Source of the DNA: the human T2T-CHM13v2.0 reference genome, Homo sapiens | Reading direction: 5' to 3' (one strand) | NCBI RefSeq assembly: GCF_009914755.1 | Contig: NC_060927.1 | DNA length: 64,000 nucleotides | Shown here: positions 33,501-49,499 of the stretch, in pieces | How the letters are laid out: the number at the start of each line of letters is the position of its first letter | How positions within the stretch are numbered: position 1 is the stretch's first letter | The notes under the pieces: generated by a model | Told to the model about the DNA's origin: nothing | Seen by the model: only the letters and a program-made list of their open reading frames with translations | Databases searched by the model: none | Program-made: the position numbers and the translations under genes

Positions 33501-36500
33501 AACATGTATTTTATACTGTACATAAAATATGAAAGTACATCAAATATATATTTTATTCTGTACATAAAATATCAAAGTACACCAGATATATATTCTATAG
33601 TGTACATAAAATATCAAAGTACCCAAACTATACATTATATACTGTACATAAAATATGAAATTACATCAAATATATATTATATTAGGTACATAAAATATGA
33701 AAGTACATCAAGTATAGATTATATACTGTACATTAAGTACCAAAGTACCCCAAATATATATTTTATACTGTACATGAAATATCAAAGTTCACAAACTATA
33801 TATTATATACTGTACATAAAATATCAAAGTACCCAAGGTATATATTCTATACTGTACAAAAAATATCAAAGTACCCAAAGCATGTATTATAAGCTGTACA
33901 TAATATATGAAATTACATCAAATATATATTTTATTCTGTACATAATATATCAAAGTACACCAGATATATATTCTATAGTGTACATAAAATATCAAAGTAC
34001 CCAAACTATACATTATATACTGTACATAAAATATGAAATTACATCAAATATATATTATATTAGGTACATGAAATATGAAAGTACATCAAATATAGATTAT
34101 ATACTGTACATAAAATATGAAAGTACCCCAAATATATATTATATACTCTACATGAAATATCAAAGTTCACCAACTATATATTATATACTGTACATAAAAT
34201 ATCAAAGTACCCAAGGTATATATTCTATACTGTACAAAAAATATCAAAGTACCCAAAGCATGTATTATATACTGTACATAAAATATGAAAGTACATCAAA
34301 TATATATTTAATTCTGTACTTAATATATCAAAGTACACCAGATATATATTCTATAGTGTACATAAAATAACAAAGTACACAAACTATAAATTATATACTG
34401 TGCATAAAATATGAAATTACATCAAATATATATTAGGTACATAAAATATGAAAGCACATCAAATATAGATTATATACTGTACATTAAATACCAAAGTACC
34501 CCAAATATATATTTTATACTGTACATGAAATATCAAAGTTCACAAACTATATATTATATACTGTACATAAAATATCAAAGTACCCAAGGTATATATTCTA
34601 TACTGTACAAAAAATATCAAAGTACCCAAAGCATGTATTATATACTGTACATAAAATATGAAAGTACATCAAATATATATTTTATTCTGTACATAAAATA
34701 TCAAAGTACACCAGATATATATTCTATAGTGTACATAAAATATCAAAGTACGCAAACTATACATTATATACTGTACATAAAATATGAAATTACATCAAAT
34801 ATATATTAGGTACATAAAATATGAAAGTACATCAAATATAGATTATATACTGTACATAAAATATCAAAGTACCCCAAATATATATTATATACTCTACATG
34901 AAATATCAAAGTTCACAAACTATATATTATATACTGTACATAAAATATCAAAGTACCCAAGGTATATATTCTATACTGTACAAAAAATATCAAAGTACCC
35001 AAAGCATGTATTATATACTGTATATAAAATATGAAAGTACATCAAATATATATTAGGTACATAAAATATGAAAGTACATCAAATATAGATTATATACTGT
35101 ACATAAAATATCAAAGTACCCCAAATATATATTTTATACTCTACATGAAATATCAAAGTTCACAAACTATATATTATATACTGTACATAAAATATAAAAG
35201 TACCCAAGGTATATATTCTATACTGTACAAAAAATATCAAAGTACCCAAAGCATGTATTATATACTGTACATAAAATATGAAAGTACATCAAATATATAT
35301 TTTATTCTGTAAATAAAATATCAAAGTACACCAGATATATATTCTATAGTGTACATAAAATAACAAAGTACACAAACTATACATTATATACTGTACATAA
35401 AATATGAAATTACATCAAATATATATTAGGTACATAAAATATGAAAGTACATCAAATATAGATTATATACTGTACATAAAATATCAAAGTACCCCAAATA
35501 TATATTATATAGTCTACATGAAATATCAAAGTTCACAAACTATATATTATATACTGTACAAAAAATATCAAAGTACCCAAGGTATATATTCTATACTGTA
35601 CAAAAAATATCAAAGTACCCAAAGCATGAATTATATACTGTACATAAAATATGAAATTACATCAAATATATATTATATTAGATACATAAAATATGAAAGT
35701 ACATCAAATATAGATTATATACTGTACATTAAATATCAAAGTACCCCAAATATATATTATACACTGTACATGAAATATCAAAGTTCACAAACCATATATT
35801 ATATAGTGTACACAAAATATCAAAGTACCCAAGGTATATATTCTATACTGTACAAAAAATATCAAAGTTCCCACAGCACGTATTGTATACTGTATATAAA
35901 ATATGAAAGTACATCAAATATATATTTTATTCTGTACATAAAATATCAAAGTACACCAGATATATTTTCTATAGTGTACATAAAATAACAAACTACACAA
36001 ACTATAAATTATATACTGTACATAAAATATGAAATTACATCAAATATATATTAGGTACATAAAATATGAAAGTACATCAAATATTGATTATATATTGTAC
36101 AGATAATATCAAGGTAACCCAAAGATATATTTTATACTCTACATGAAATATCAAAGTTCACAAACCATATATTATATACTGTACATAAAATATCAAAGTA
36201 CCCAAGGTATATATTCTATACTGTACAAAAAATATCAAAGTACCCAAAGCATGTATTATATACTGTACATAAAATATGAAAGTACATCAAATATATATTT
36301 TATTCTGTACATAAAATACTAAAGTACACCAGATATATATTCTATAGTGTACATAAAATATCAAAGTACCCAAACTATACATTATATACTGTACATAAAA
36401 TATGAAATTACATCAAATATATATTTGGTACATAAAATATGAAAGTACATCAAATATAGATTATATACTGTACATAAAATATCAATATACCCCAAATATA

Positions 36501-37899
36501 TATTTTATACTCTACATGAAATATGAAAGTTCACAAACCATATATTATATACTGTACATAAAATATCAAAGTACCCAAGGTATATATTCTATACTGTACA
36601 AAAAATATCAAAGTACCCAAAGCATGTATTATATACTGTACATAAAATATGAAAGTACATCAAATATATATTTTATTCTGTACATAAAATATCAATGTAC
36701 ACCAGATATATATTCTATAGTGTACATAAAATATCAAAGTACCCAAACTATACATTATATACTGTACATAAAATATGAAATTACATCAAATATATATTAG
36801 GTACATAAAATATGAATGTACATCAAATATAGATTATATACTGTACATATAATATCAATGTACCCCAAATATATATTTTATACTCTACATGAAATATCAA
36901 AGTTCACAAACTATATATTATATACTGTACATAAAATATCAAAGTACCCTAGGTATATATTCTATACTGTACAAAAAATATCAAAGTACCCAAAGCATGT
37001 ATTATATACTGTACATAAAATATGAAAGTACATCAAATATATATTTTATTCTGTACATAAAATATCAAAGTACACCAGATATATATTCTATAGTGTACAT
37101 AAAATAACAAACTACAAAAACTATAAATTATATACTGTATATAAAATATGAAATTACATCAAATATATATTAGGTACATAAAATATGAAAGTACATCACA
37201 TATAGATTATATACTGTACATAAAATATCAATGTACCCCAAATATATATTTTATACTCTACATGAAATATAAAAGTTCACAAACCATATATTATATACTG
37301 TACATAAAATATCAAAGTACCCAAGGTATATATTCTATACTGTACAAAAAATATCAAAGTACCCAAAGCATGTATTATATACGGTACATAAAATATGAAA
37401 GTACATCAAATATATATTTTATTCTGTACATAAAATATCAAAGTACACCAGATATATATTCTATAGTGTACATAAAATATCAAAGTACCCAAACTATACA
37501 TTATATACTGTACATAAAATATGAAATTACATGAAATATATATTATATTAGGTACATAAAATATGAAAGTACATCAAATATAGATTATATACTGTCCATA
37601 AAATATCAAAGTACCCAAGGTATATATTCTATACTGTACAAAAAATATCAAAGTACCCACAGCATGTATTATATACTGTACATAATATATGAAAGTACAT
37701 CAATTATATATTTTATTCTGTACATAAAATATCAAAGTACACCAGATATATATTCTATAGTGTACATAAAATATCAAAGTACTCAAACTATGCATTATAT
37801 ACTGTACATAAAATATGAAATTACATCAAATATATATTAAGTACATAAAATATGAAAGTACATCAAATATAGATTATATACTGTACATAAAATATCAAA

Positions 37900-40800
37900 G
37901 TACCCCAAATATATATTATATACTCTACATGAAACATCAAAGTTCACAAACTATATATTATATACTGTACATAAAATATCAAAGTACCCAAGGTATATAT
38001 TCTATACTGTACAAAAAATATCAAAGAACCCAAACCATGTATTATGTACTGTTCATAAAATATGAAAGTACATCAAATATATATTTTAATCTGTACATAA
38101 AATATCAAAGTACACCAGATATATATTCTATAGTGTGCATAAAATAACAAAGTACACACACTATAAATTATATACTGTACATAAAATATGAAATTACATC
38201 AAATATATATTAGGTACATAAAATATGAAAGTACATCAAATATAGATTATATACTCTACATAAAATATCAATGTACCCCAAATATATATTTTATACCGTA
38301 CATGAAATATGAAAGTTCACAAACTATATATTATATACTGTACATAAATTATCAAAGTGCCCAAGGTATATATTCTATACTGTACAAAAAATATCAAAGT
38401 ACCCAAAGCATGTATTATATACTGTACATAAAATATGAAAGTACATCAAATATATATTTTATTCTGTACATAAAATATCAAAGTACACCAAATATATATT
38501 CCATCGTGTACATAAAATATCAAAGTACCCAAACTATACATTATATACTGTACATAAAATATGAAATTAGGTCAAATATATATTATATTAGGTACATAAA
38601 ATTTGAAAGAACATCAAATATAGATTATCTATTGTACATAAAATATCAAAGTACCCCAAATATACATTATATACTCTACATGAAATATCAAAATACACAA
38701 ACTATTTATTATACACTGTACATAAAATATCAAAGTACCCAAGGTATGTATTCTATACTGTACAAAAAATATCAAAGTTCCCAAAGCAAGTATTATATAC
38801 CGTACATAAAATATGAAAGTACATCAAATATATATTTTATTCTGTACATAAAATATGAAAGTACACAATATATATAATTTATAGTGTACATAAAATATCA
38901 AAGTACACAAACTATACATTATGTATTGTACATAAAATATGAAATTTCATCAAGTTTATATTAGGTACATAAAATATGAAAGTACATCAAATATAGATTA
39001 TATACTATACATAAAATATCAAAGTACACCAAATATATATTATATACTGTATATGAAACATAAAAGTTCACAAACTATATATTATATACTATACATAAAA
39101 TATGAAAGTACCCAAGGTATATATTCTATACTGTACAAAAAATATCAAAGTACCCAAAGCATGTATTATATAGTGTACATAAAATATGAAATTACATCAA
39201 ATATATATTATATTAGGTACATAAAATATGAAAGTACATCAAATATAGATTATATACTGTACATAAAATATCAAAGTCCCAAAAATATATTTTTTATACC
39301 CTACATGAAATATCAAAGTTCACAAACTATATATTATATACTGTACATAAAATATCAAAGTACCCAAGGTATATATTCTACACTGTACAAAAAATATCAA
39401 AGTACCCAAAACATGTATTATATACTGTACATAAAATATGAAAGTACATCAAATATATATTTTATTCTGTACATAAAATATCAAAGTACACCAGATATAT
39501 ATTCTATAGTGTACATAAAATATCAAAGTACCCAAACTGTACATTATATACTGTACATAAAATATGAAATTACATCAAATATATATTATATTAGGTACAT
39601 AAAATATGAAAGTACATCAAATATAGATTATATACTGTACATTAAATACCAAAGTACCCCAAATATATATTTTATACTGTACATGAAATATCAAAGTTCA
39701 CAAACTATGTATTATATACTGTACATAAAATATCAAAGTACCCAAGGTATATATTCTATACTGTACAAAAAATATCAAAGTACCCAAAGCATGTATTATA
39801 TGCTGTACATAAAATATGAAAGTACATCAAATATATATTTTATTCTGTACATAAAATATCAAAGTACACCAGATATATATTCTATAGTGTACATAAAATA
39901 TCAAAGTACCCAAACTATATATTATATACTGTACATAAAATATGAAATTACATCAAATATATATTATATTAGGTACATAAAATATGAAAGTACATCAAAT
40001 ATAGATTATATACTGTACATAAAATATCAAAGTACCCGAAATATATGTTATATACTCTACATGAAATATCAAAGTTCACAAACTATATATTATATACTGT
40101 ACATAAAATATCAAAGTACCCAAGGTATATATTCTATACTGTACAAAAAATATCAAAGTACCCAAAGCATGTATTATGTACTGTATATAAAATATGAAAG
40201 TACATCAAATATATATTTTATTCTGTACATAAAATATCAAAGTACACCAGATATATATTATATAGTGTACATAAAATAACAAAGTACAAAAACTATAAAT
40301 TATATACTGTACATAAAATATGAAATAACGTCAAATATATATTAGCTATATAAAATATGAAAGTACATCAAATATAGATTATATACTGTACATAAAATAT
40401 CAATGTACCCCAAATATATATTTTATACTCTACATGAAATGTCAAAGTTCACAAACCATATATTATATACTTTACATAAAATATCAAAGTACTCAAGGTA
40501 TATATTCTATACTGTACAAAAAATATCAAAGTACCCAAAGCATGTATTATATACTGTACATAAAATATGAAAGTACATCAAATATATATTTTATTCTGTA
40601 CATAAAATATCAAAGTACACCAGATATATATTCTATGGTGTACATAAAATATCAAAGTACCCAAACTATACATCATATACTGTACATAAAATATGAAATT
40701 ACATCAAATATATTTTATATTAGGTACATAAAATATGAAAGTACATCAAATATAGATTATACACTGTACATTAAATACCAAAGTACCCCAAATATATATT

Positions 40801-43800
40801 TTATACTGTACATGAAATATCAAAGTTCACAAACTCTATATTATATACTGTACATATAATATCAAAGTACCCAAGTATATATTCTATACTGTACAAAAAA
40901 TAACAAAGTACCAAAAGCATGTATTATATACTGTACCTAAAATATGAAAGTACATCAAATATATATTTTATTCTGTACACAAAATATCAAAGTACACCAG
41001 ATATATATTCTATAGTGCACATAAAATATCAAAGTACCCAAACTATACATTATATACTGTACATAAAATATGAAATTACATCAAATATATATTATATTAG
41101 GTACATAAAATATGAAAGTACATCAAATATAGATTATATACTGTACATAAAATATCAAAGTACCCCAAATATATATTATATACTCTACATGAAATATCAA
41201 AGTTCACAAACTATATATTATATACTGTACATAAAATATCAAAGTACCCAAGGTATATATTCTATACTGTACAAAAAATATCAAAGTACCCAAAGCATGT
41301 ATTATATACTGTACATAAAATATGAAAGTACATCAAATATATAATTTATTCTGTACATAAAATATCAAAGTACACCAGATATATATTCTATAGTGTACAT
41401 AAAATATCAAAGTACCCAAACTATACATTATATACTGTACATAAAATATGAATTTACATCAAATATATATTAGGTACATAAAATATGAAAGTACATCAAA
41501 TATAGATTATATACTGTACATAAAATATCAAGGTACCCCAAATATATATTATATACTCTACATGAAATATCAAAGTTCACAAACTATATATTATATACTG
41601 TACATAAAATATCAAAGTACCCAAGGTATATATTCTATACTGTACAAAAAATATCAAAGTACCCAAAGCATGTATTATATACTGTACATAAAATATGAAA
41701 TTACATCAAATATATAATTTATTCTGTACATAAAATATCAAAGTACACCAGATATATATTCTATAGTGTACATAAAATATCAAAGTACCCAAACTATACA
41801 TTATATACTGTACATAAAATATGAAATTACATCAAATATATATTAGGTACATAAAATATGAAAGTACATCAAATATAGATTATATACTGTACATTAAATA
41901 TCAAAGTACCCCAAATATATATTTTATACTGTACATGAAATATAAAAGTTCACACACTATATATTATATACTGTACATAAAATATCAAAGTACAAAAGGT
42001 ATATATTCTATACTGTACAAAAAATATCAAAGTACCCAAAGCATGTATTATAAAATGTACCTAAAATATGAAAGTACATCAAATATATATTTTATTCTGT
42101 ACATAAAATATCAAAGTACACCAGATATATATTCTATAGTGTACATAAAATATCAAAGTACCCAAACTATACATTATATACTGTACATAAAATATGAAAT
42201 TACATCAAATGTATATTATATTAGGTACATAAAATATGAAAGTACATCAAATATAGATTATATACTGTATATAAAATATCAAAGTACCCCAAATATATAT
42301 TATATACTCTACATGAAATATCAAAGTTCACAAACTATATATTATATACTGTACATAAAATATCAAAGTACCCAAGGTATATATTCTATACTGTACAAAA
42401 AATATCAAAGAACCCAAACCATGTATTATGTACTGTTCATAAAATATGAAAGTACATCAAATATATATTTTAATCTGCACATAAAATATCAAATTACACC
42501 AGATATATATTCTATAGTGTGCATAAAATAACAAAGTACACTCACTATAAATTATATACTGTACATAAAATATGAAATTACATCAAATATATATTAGGTA
42601 CATAAAATATGAAAGTACATCAAATATAGATTATATACTCTACATAAAATATCAATATACCCCAAATATGTATTTTATACCGTACATGAAATATCAAAGT
42701 TCACAAACTATATATTATATACTGTACATAAATTATCAAAGTGCCCAAGGTATATATTCTATACTGTACAAAAAATATCAAAGTACCCAAAGCATGTATT
42801 ATATACTGTACATAAAATATGAAAGTACATCAAATGTATATTTTATTCTGTACATAAAATATCAAAGTACACCAAATATATATTCCATCGTGTACATAAA
42901 ATATCAAAGTACCCAAACTATACATTATATACTGTACATAAAATATGAAATTAGGTCAAATATATATTATATTAGGTACATAAAATTTGAAAGAACATCA
43001 AATATAGATTATCTATTGTACATAAAATATCAAAGTACCCCAAATATACATTATATACTCTACATGAAATATCAAAATACACAAACTATTTATTATACAC
43101 TGTACATAAAATATCAAAGTACCCAAGGTATGTATTCTATACTGTACAAAAAATATCAAAGTTCCCAAAGCAAGTATTATATACCGTACATAAAATATGA
43201 AAGTACATCAAATATATATTTTATTCTGTACATAAAATATGAAAGTACACAAGATATATAATTTATAGTGTACATAAAATATCAAAGTACACAAACTATA
43301 CATTATGTACTGTATATAAAATATGAAATTTCATCAAGTATATATTAGGTACATAAAATATGAAAGTACATCAAATATAGATTATATACTATACATAAAA
43401 TATCAAAGTACACCAAATATATATTATATACTGTATATGAAATATAAAAGTTCACAAACTATATATTATATACTATACATAAAATATGAAAGTACCCAAG
43501 GTATATATTCTATACTGTACAAAAAATATCAAAGTACCCAAAGCATGTATTATATAGTGTACATAAAATATGAAATTACATCAAATATATATTATATTAG
43601 GTACATAAAATATGAAAGTACATCAAATATAGATTATATACTGTACATAAAATATCAAAGTCCCCCAAATATATATTTTATACCGTACATGAAATATCAA
43701 AGTTCACAAACTATATATTATATACTGTACATAAAATATCAAAGTACCCAAGGTATATATTCTATACTGTACAAAAAATATCAAAGTACCCAAAGCATGT

Positions 43801-44170
43801 ATTATATACTGTACATAAAATATGAAAGTACATCAAATATATATTTATTCTGTACATAAAATATCAAAGTACACCAGATATATATTCTATAGTGTACATA
43901 AAATAACAAAGTACACAAACTATAAATTATATACTGTACATAAAATATGAAATTACATCAAATATATATTATATTAGGTACATAAAATATGAAAGTACAT
44001 CAAATATAGATTATATACTGTACATTAAATACCAAAGTACCCCAAATATATATTTTATACTGTACATGAAATATCAAAGTTCACAAACTATGTATTATAT
44101 ACTGTACATAAAATATCAAAGTACCCAAGGTATATATTCTATACTGTACAAAAAATATCAAAGTACCCAA
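37900..44170 (+). repeat. Diverged block of about 1.9 kb duplicated at 4384-bp spacing (about 37900-39790 and 42290-44170)
   Basis: ORF pairs 38188/42572 and 38939/43323 are offset by 4384. Variants I saw only in these two copies are TTCCATCGTG, GAAATTAGGTC, TTTGAAAGAAC, TATCTATTG, GTGCCCAAGG and GTTCCCAAAGCAAG. Confidence 0.9.
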
Positions 44171-47100
44171 AGCATGTATTATATACTGTACATAAAATAT
44201 GAAAGTACATCAAATATATATTTTATTCTGTACATAAAATATCAAAGTACACCAGATATATATTCTATAGTGTACATAAAATATCAAAGTACCCAAACTA
44301 TACATTATATACTGTACATAAAATATGAAATTACATCAAATATATACTATATTAGGTACATAAAATATGAAAGTACATCAAATATAGATTATATACTGTA
44401 CATAAAATATCAAAGTACCCCAAATATATATTTTATACCATACATGAAATACCAAATTTCACAAACTATATATTATATACTGTACATAAAATATCAAAGT
44501 ACACAAGGTATATATTCTATACTGCACAAAAAATATCAAAGTACCCAAAGCATGTATTATACACTGTATATAAAATATGAAAGTACATCAAATATATATT
44601 TTATTCTGTACATAAAATATCAAAGTACACCAGATATATATTCTATAGTGTACATAAAATAAGAAAGTACACAAACTATAAATTATATACTGTACATAAA
44701 ATATGAAATTACATCAAATATATATTAGGTACATAAAATATGAAAGTACATCAAATATATATTATATACTGTACATAAAATATCAATGTACCCCAAATAT
44801 ATATTTTATACTCTACATGAAATATCAAAGTTCACAAACCATATATTATATACTGTACATAAAATATCAAAGTACACAAGGTATATATTCTATACTGTAC
44901 AAAAAATATCAAAGTACCCAAAGCATGTATAACATACTGTACATAAAATATGAAAGTACATCAAATATATATTTTATTCTGTACATAAAATACCAAAGCA
45001 CAGCAGATATATATTCTATAGTGTACATAAAATACCAAAGTACCCAAACTATACATTATATACTGTACATAAAATATGAAATTACATAAAATATATATTA
45101 TATTAGGTACATAAAATATGAAAGTAAATCAAATATAGATTATATACTATACATTAAATACCAAAGTACCCCAAATATATATTTTATACTGTACATGAAA
45201 TATCAAAGTTCACAAACTATATATTACATACTGTACATAAAATATCAAAGTACCCAAGGTATATATTCTATACTGTACAAAAAATATCAAAGTAACCAAA
45301 ACATGTATTATATACTGTACATAAAATATGAAAGTACGTCATATATATATTTTATTCTGTACATAAAATATCAAAGTACACCAGATATATATTTTATAGT
45401 GTACATAAAATATCAAAGGACCCAAACTATACATTATATACTGTACATAAAATATGAAATTACATCAAATATATATTATATTAGGTACATAAAATATGAA
45501 AGTACATCAAATATAGATTATACACTGTACATTAAATACCAAAGTACCCCAAATATATATTTTATGCTGTACATGAAATATAAAAGTTCACACACTATAT
45601 ATTAAATACTGTACATAAAATATCAAAGTACCGAAGGTATATATTCTATACTGTAAAAAAAATATCAAAGTACCCAAAGCATGTATTATAAAATGTACCT
45701 AAAATATGAAAGTACATCAAATATATATTTTATTCTGTACATAAAATATCAAAGTACACCAGATATATATTCTATAGTGTACATAAAATATCAAAGTACC
45801 CAAACTATACATTATATACTGTACATAAAATATGAAATTACATCAAATGTATATTATATTAGGTACATAAAATATGAAAGTACATCAAATATAGATTATA
45901 TACTGTACATAAAATATCAAAGTACCCCATATATATATTATATACTCTACATGAAATATCAAAGTTCACAAACTATATATTATATACTGTACATAAAATA
46001 TCAAAGTACACAAGGTATATATTCTATACTGCACAAAAAATATCAAAGTACCCAAAGCATGTATTATACACTGCATATAAAATATGAAAGTACATCAAAT
46101 ATATATTTTATTCTGTACATAAAATATCAAAGTACACCAGATATATATTCTAGAGTGTACATAATATAACAAAGTACACAAACTATAAATTATATACTGT
46201 ACATAAAATATGAAATTACATCAAATATATATTAGGTACATAAAATATGAAAGTACATCAAATATAGATTACATACTGTACGTAAAATATCAATGTACCC
46301 CAAATATATATTTTATACTCTACATGAAATATCAAAGTTCACAAACCATATATTATATACTGTACATAAAATATCAAAATACACAAGGTATATATTCTAT
46401 ACTGTACAAAAAATATCAAAATACCCAAAGCATGTATAATATACTGAACACAAAATATGAAAGTACATCAAATATATATTTTATTCTGTACATAATATAT
46501 CAAAGTACACCAGATATATATTCTATAGTGTACATAAAATATCAAAGTACCCAAACTATGCATTATATACTGTACATAAAATATGAAATTACATCAAATA
46601 TATATTATATTAGGTACATAAAATATGAAAGTACATCAAATATAGATTATATACTGTACATTAATTACCAAATTACCCCAAATATATATTTTCTACTGTA
46701 CATGAAATATCAAAGTTCACAAACTATATATTATATACTGTACATAAAATATCAAAGTACCCAAGGTATATATTCTATACTGTACAAAAAATATCAAAGT
46801 ACCCAAAGCATGTATTATATACTGTTCATAAAATATGGAAGTACATCATATATATATTTTATTCTGTACATAAAATATCAAAGTACACCAGATATATATT
46901 CTATAGTGTACATAAAATATCAAAGTACCCAAACTATACATTATATACTGTACATAACATATGTAATTACATCAAATATATATTATATTAGGTACATAAA
47001 ATATGAAAGTACATCAAATATAGATTATATACTGTACATAAAATATCAAAGTACCCCAAATATATATTATATACTGTACATGAAGTATCAAAGTTCACAA

Positions 47101-49499
47101 ACTATATATTATATACTGTACATAAAATATCAAAGTACCGAAGGTATATATTCTATAATGTACAAAAAATATCAAAGTACCCAAAGCATGTATTATACAC
47201 TGTATATAAAATATGAAAGTACATCAAATATATATTTCATTCTGTACATAAAATATCAAAGTACACCAGATATATATTCTATAGTGTACATAAAATAAGA
47301 AAGTACACAAACTATAAATTATATACTGTACATAAAATATGAAATTACATCAAATATATATTAGGTACATAAAATATGAATGTACATCAAATATAGATTA
47401 TGTACTGTACATATAATATCAATGTACCCCAAATATATATTTTATACTCTACATGAAATATCAAAGTTCACAAACGATATATTATATACTGTACATAAAA
47501 TATCAAAGTACCCAAGGAATATATTCGATACTGTAGAAAAAAAATCAAAGTACCGAAAGCATGTATTATATACTGTATATAAAATATGAAAGTACAGCAA
47601 ATATATATTTTATTCTGTACATAAAATATCAAAGTACACCAGATATATATTCTATAGTGTACATAAAATATCAAAGTACCCAAACTATACATTATATACT
47701 GTACATAAAATATGAAATTACATCAAATATATATTATAATAGGTACATAAAATATGAAAGTACATCAAATATAGATTATATACTGTACATTAAATACCAA
47801 AGTACCCCAAATATATATTTTATACTGTACATGAAATATCAAAGTTCACAAACTATATATTATATACTTTACATAAAATATCAAAGTACCCAAGTTATAT
47901 ATTGTATACAGTACCAAAAATATCAAAGTACCAAAAGCATGTATTATATACTGTAAATAATATATGAAAGTACATCAAATATATATTTTATTATGTACAT
48001 AAAATATCAAAGTACACCAGATATATATTCTATAGTGTGCATAAAATATCAAAGTACCCAAACTATACGTTATATACTGTACATAAAATATGAAATTACA
48101 TCAAATATATATTATATTAGATACATAAAATATGAAAGTACATCAAATATAGATTATATACTGTACATTAAATATCAAAGTACCCCAAATATATATTATA
48201 CACTGTACATGAAATATCAAAGTTCACAAACCATATATTATATACTGTACACAAAATATCAAAGTACCCAAGGTATATATTCTATACTGTACAAAAAATA
48301 TCAAAGTACCCACAGCTCGTATTATATACTGTATATAAAATATGAAAGTACATCAAATATATATTTTATTCTGTACATAAAATATCAAAGTACACCAGAT
48401 ATATATTCTATAGTGTACATAAAATAACAAAGTACAAAAACTATAAATTATATGCTGTACATAAAATATGAAATTACATCAAATATATATTAGGTACATA
48501 AAATATGAAAGTACATCAAATATAGATTATATACTGTACATAAAATATCAATGTACCACAAATATATATTTTATACTCTACATGAAATATCAAAGTTCAC
48601 AAACCATATATTATATACTGTACATAAAATATCAAAGTACCCAAGGTATATATTCTATACTGTACAAAAAATATCAAAGTACCCAAAGCATGTATTATAT
48701 ACTGTACATAAAATATGAAAGTACATCAAATATATATTTTATTCTGTACATAAAATATCAAAGTACACCAGATATATATTCCAATAGTGTACATAAAATA
48801 TCAAAGTACCCAAACTATACATTATATACTGTACATAAAATATGAAATTACATCAAATATATATTATATTAGGTACATAAAATATGAAAGTACATCAAAT
48901 ATAGATTATATACTGTACATTAAATACCAAAGTACCCCAAATATATATTTTATACTGTACATGAAATATCAAAGTTCACAAACCATGTTATATACTGTAC
49001 AGAAAATATCAAAGTACCCAAGGTATATATTCTATACTGTACAAAAAATATCAAAGTACCCAAAGAATATATTATATACTGTACATAAAATATGAAAGTA
49101 TATCAAATATATATTTTATTCTGTACATAAAATATCAAAGTACACCAGATATATATTCTATAGTGTACATAAAATAACAAAGTACACAAACTATAAATTA
49201 TATACTGTACATAAAATATGAAATTACATCAAATATATATTAGGTACATAAAATATGAAAGTACATCATATATAGATTATATACTGTACATATAATATCA
49301 ATGTACCCCAAATATATATTTTGTACTCTACATGAAATATCAAAGTTCACAAACCATATATTATATACTGTACATAAAATATCAAAGTACCCAAGGTATA
49401 TATTCTAAACTGTACAAAAAATATCAAAGTACCCAAAGCATGTATTATATACTGTACATAAAATATGAAAGTACATCAAATATATATTTTATTCTGTAC

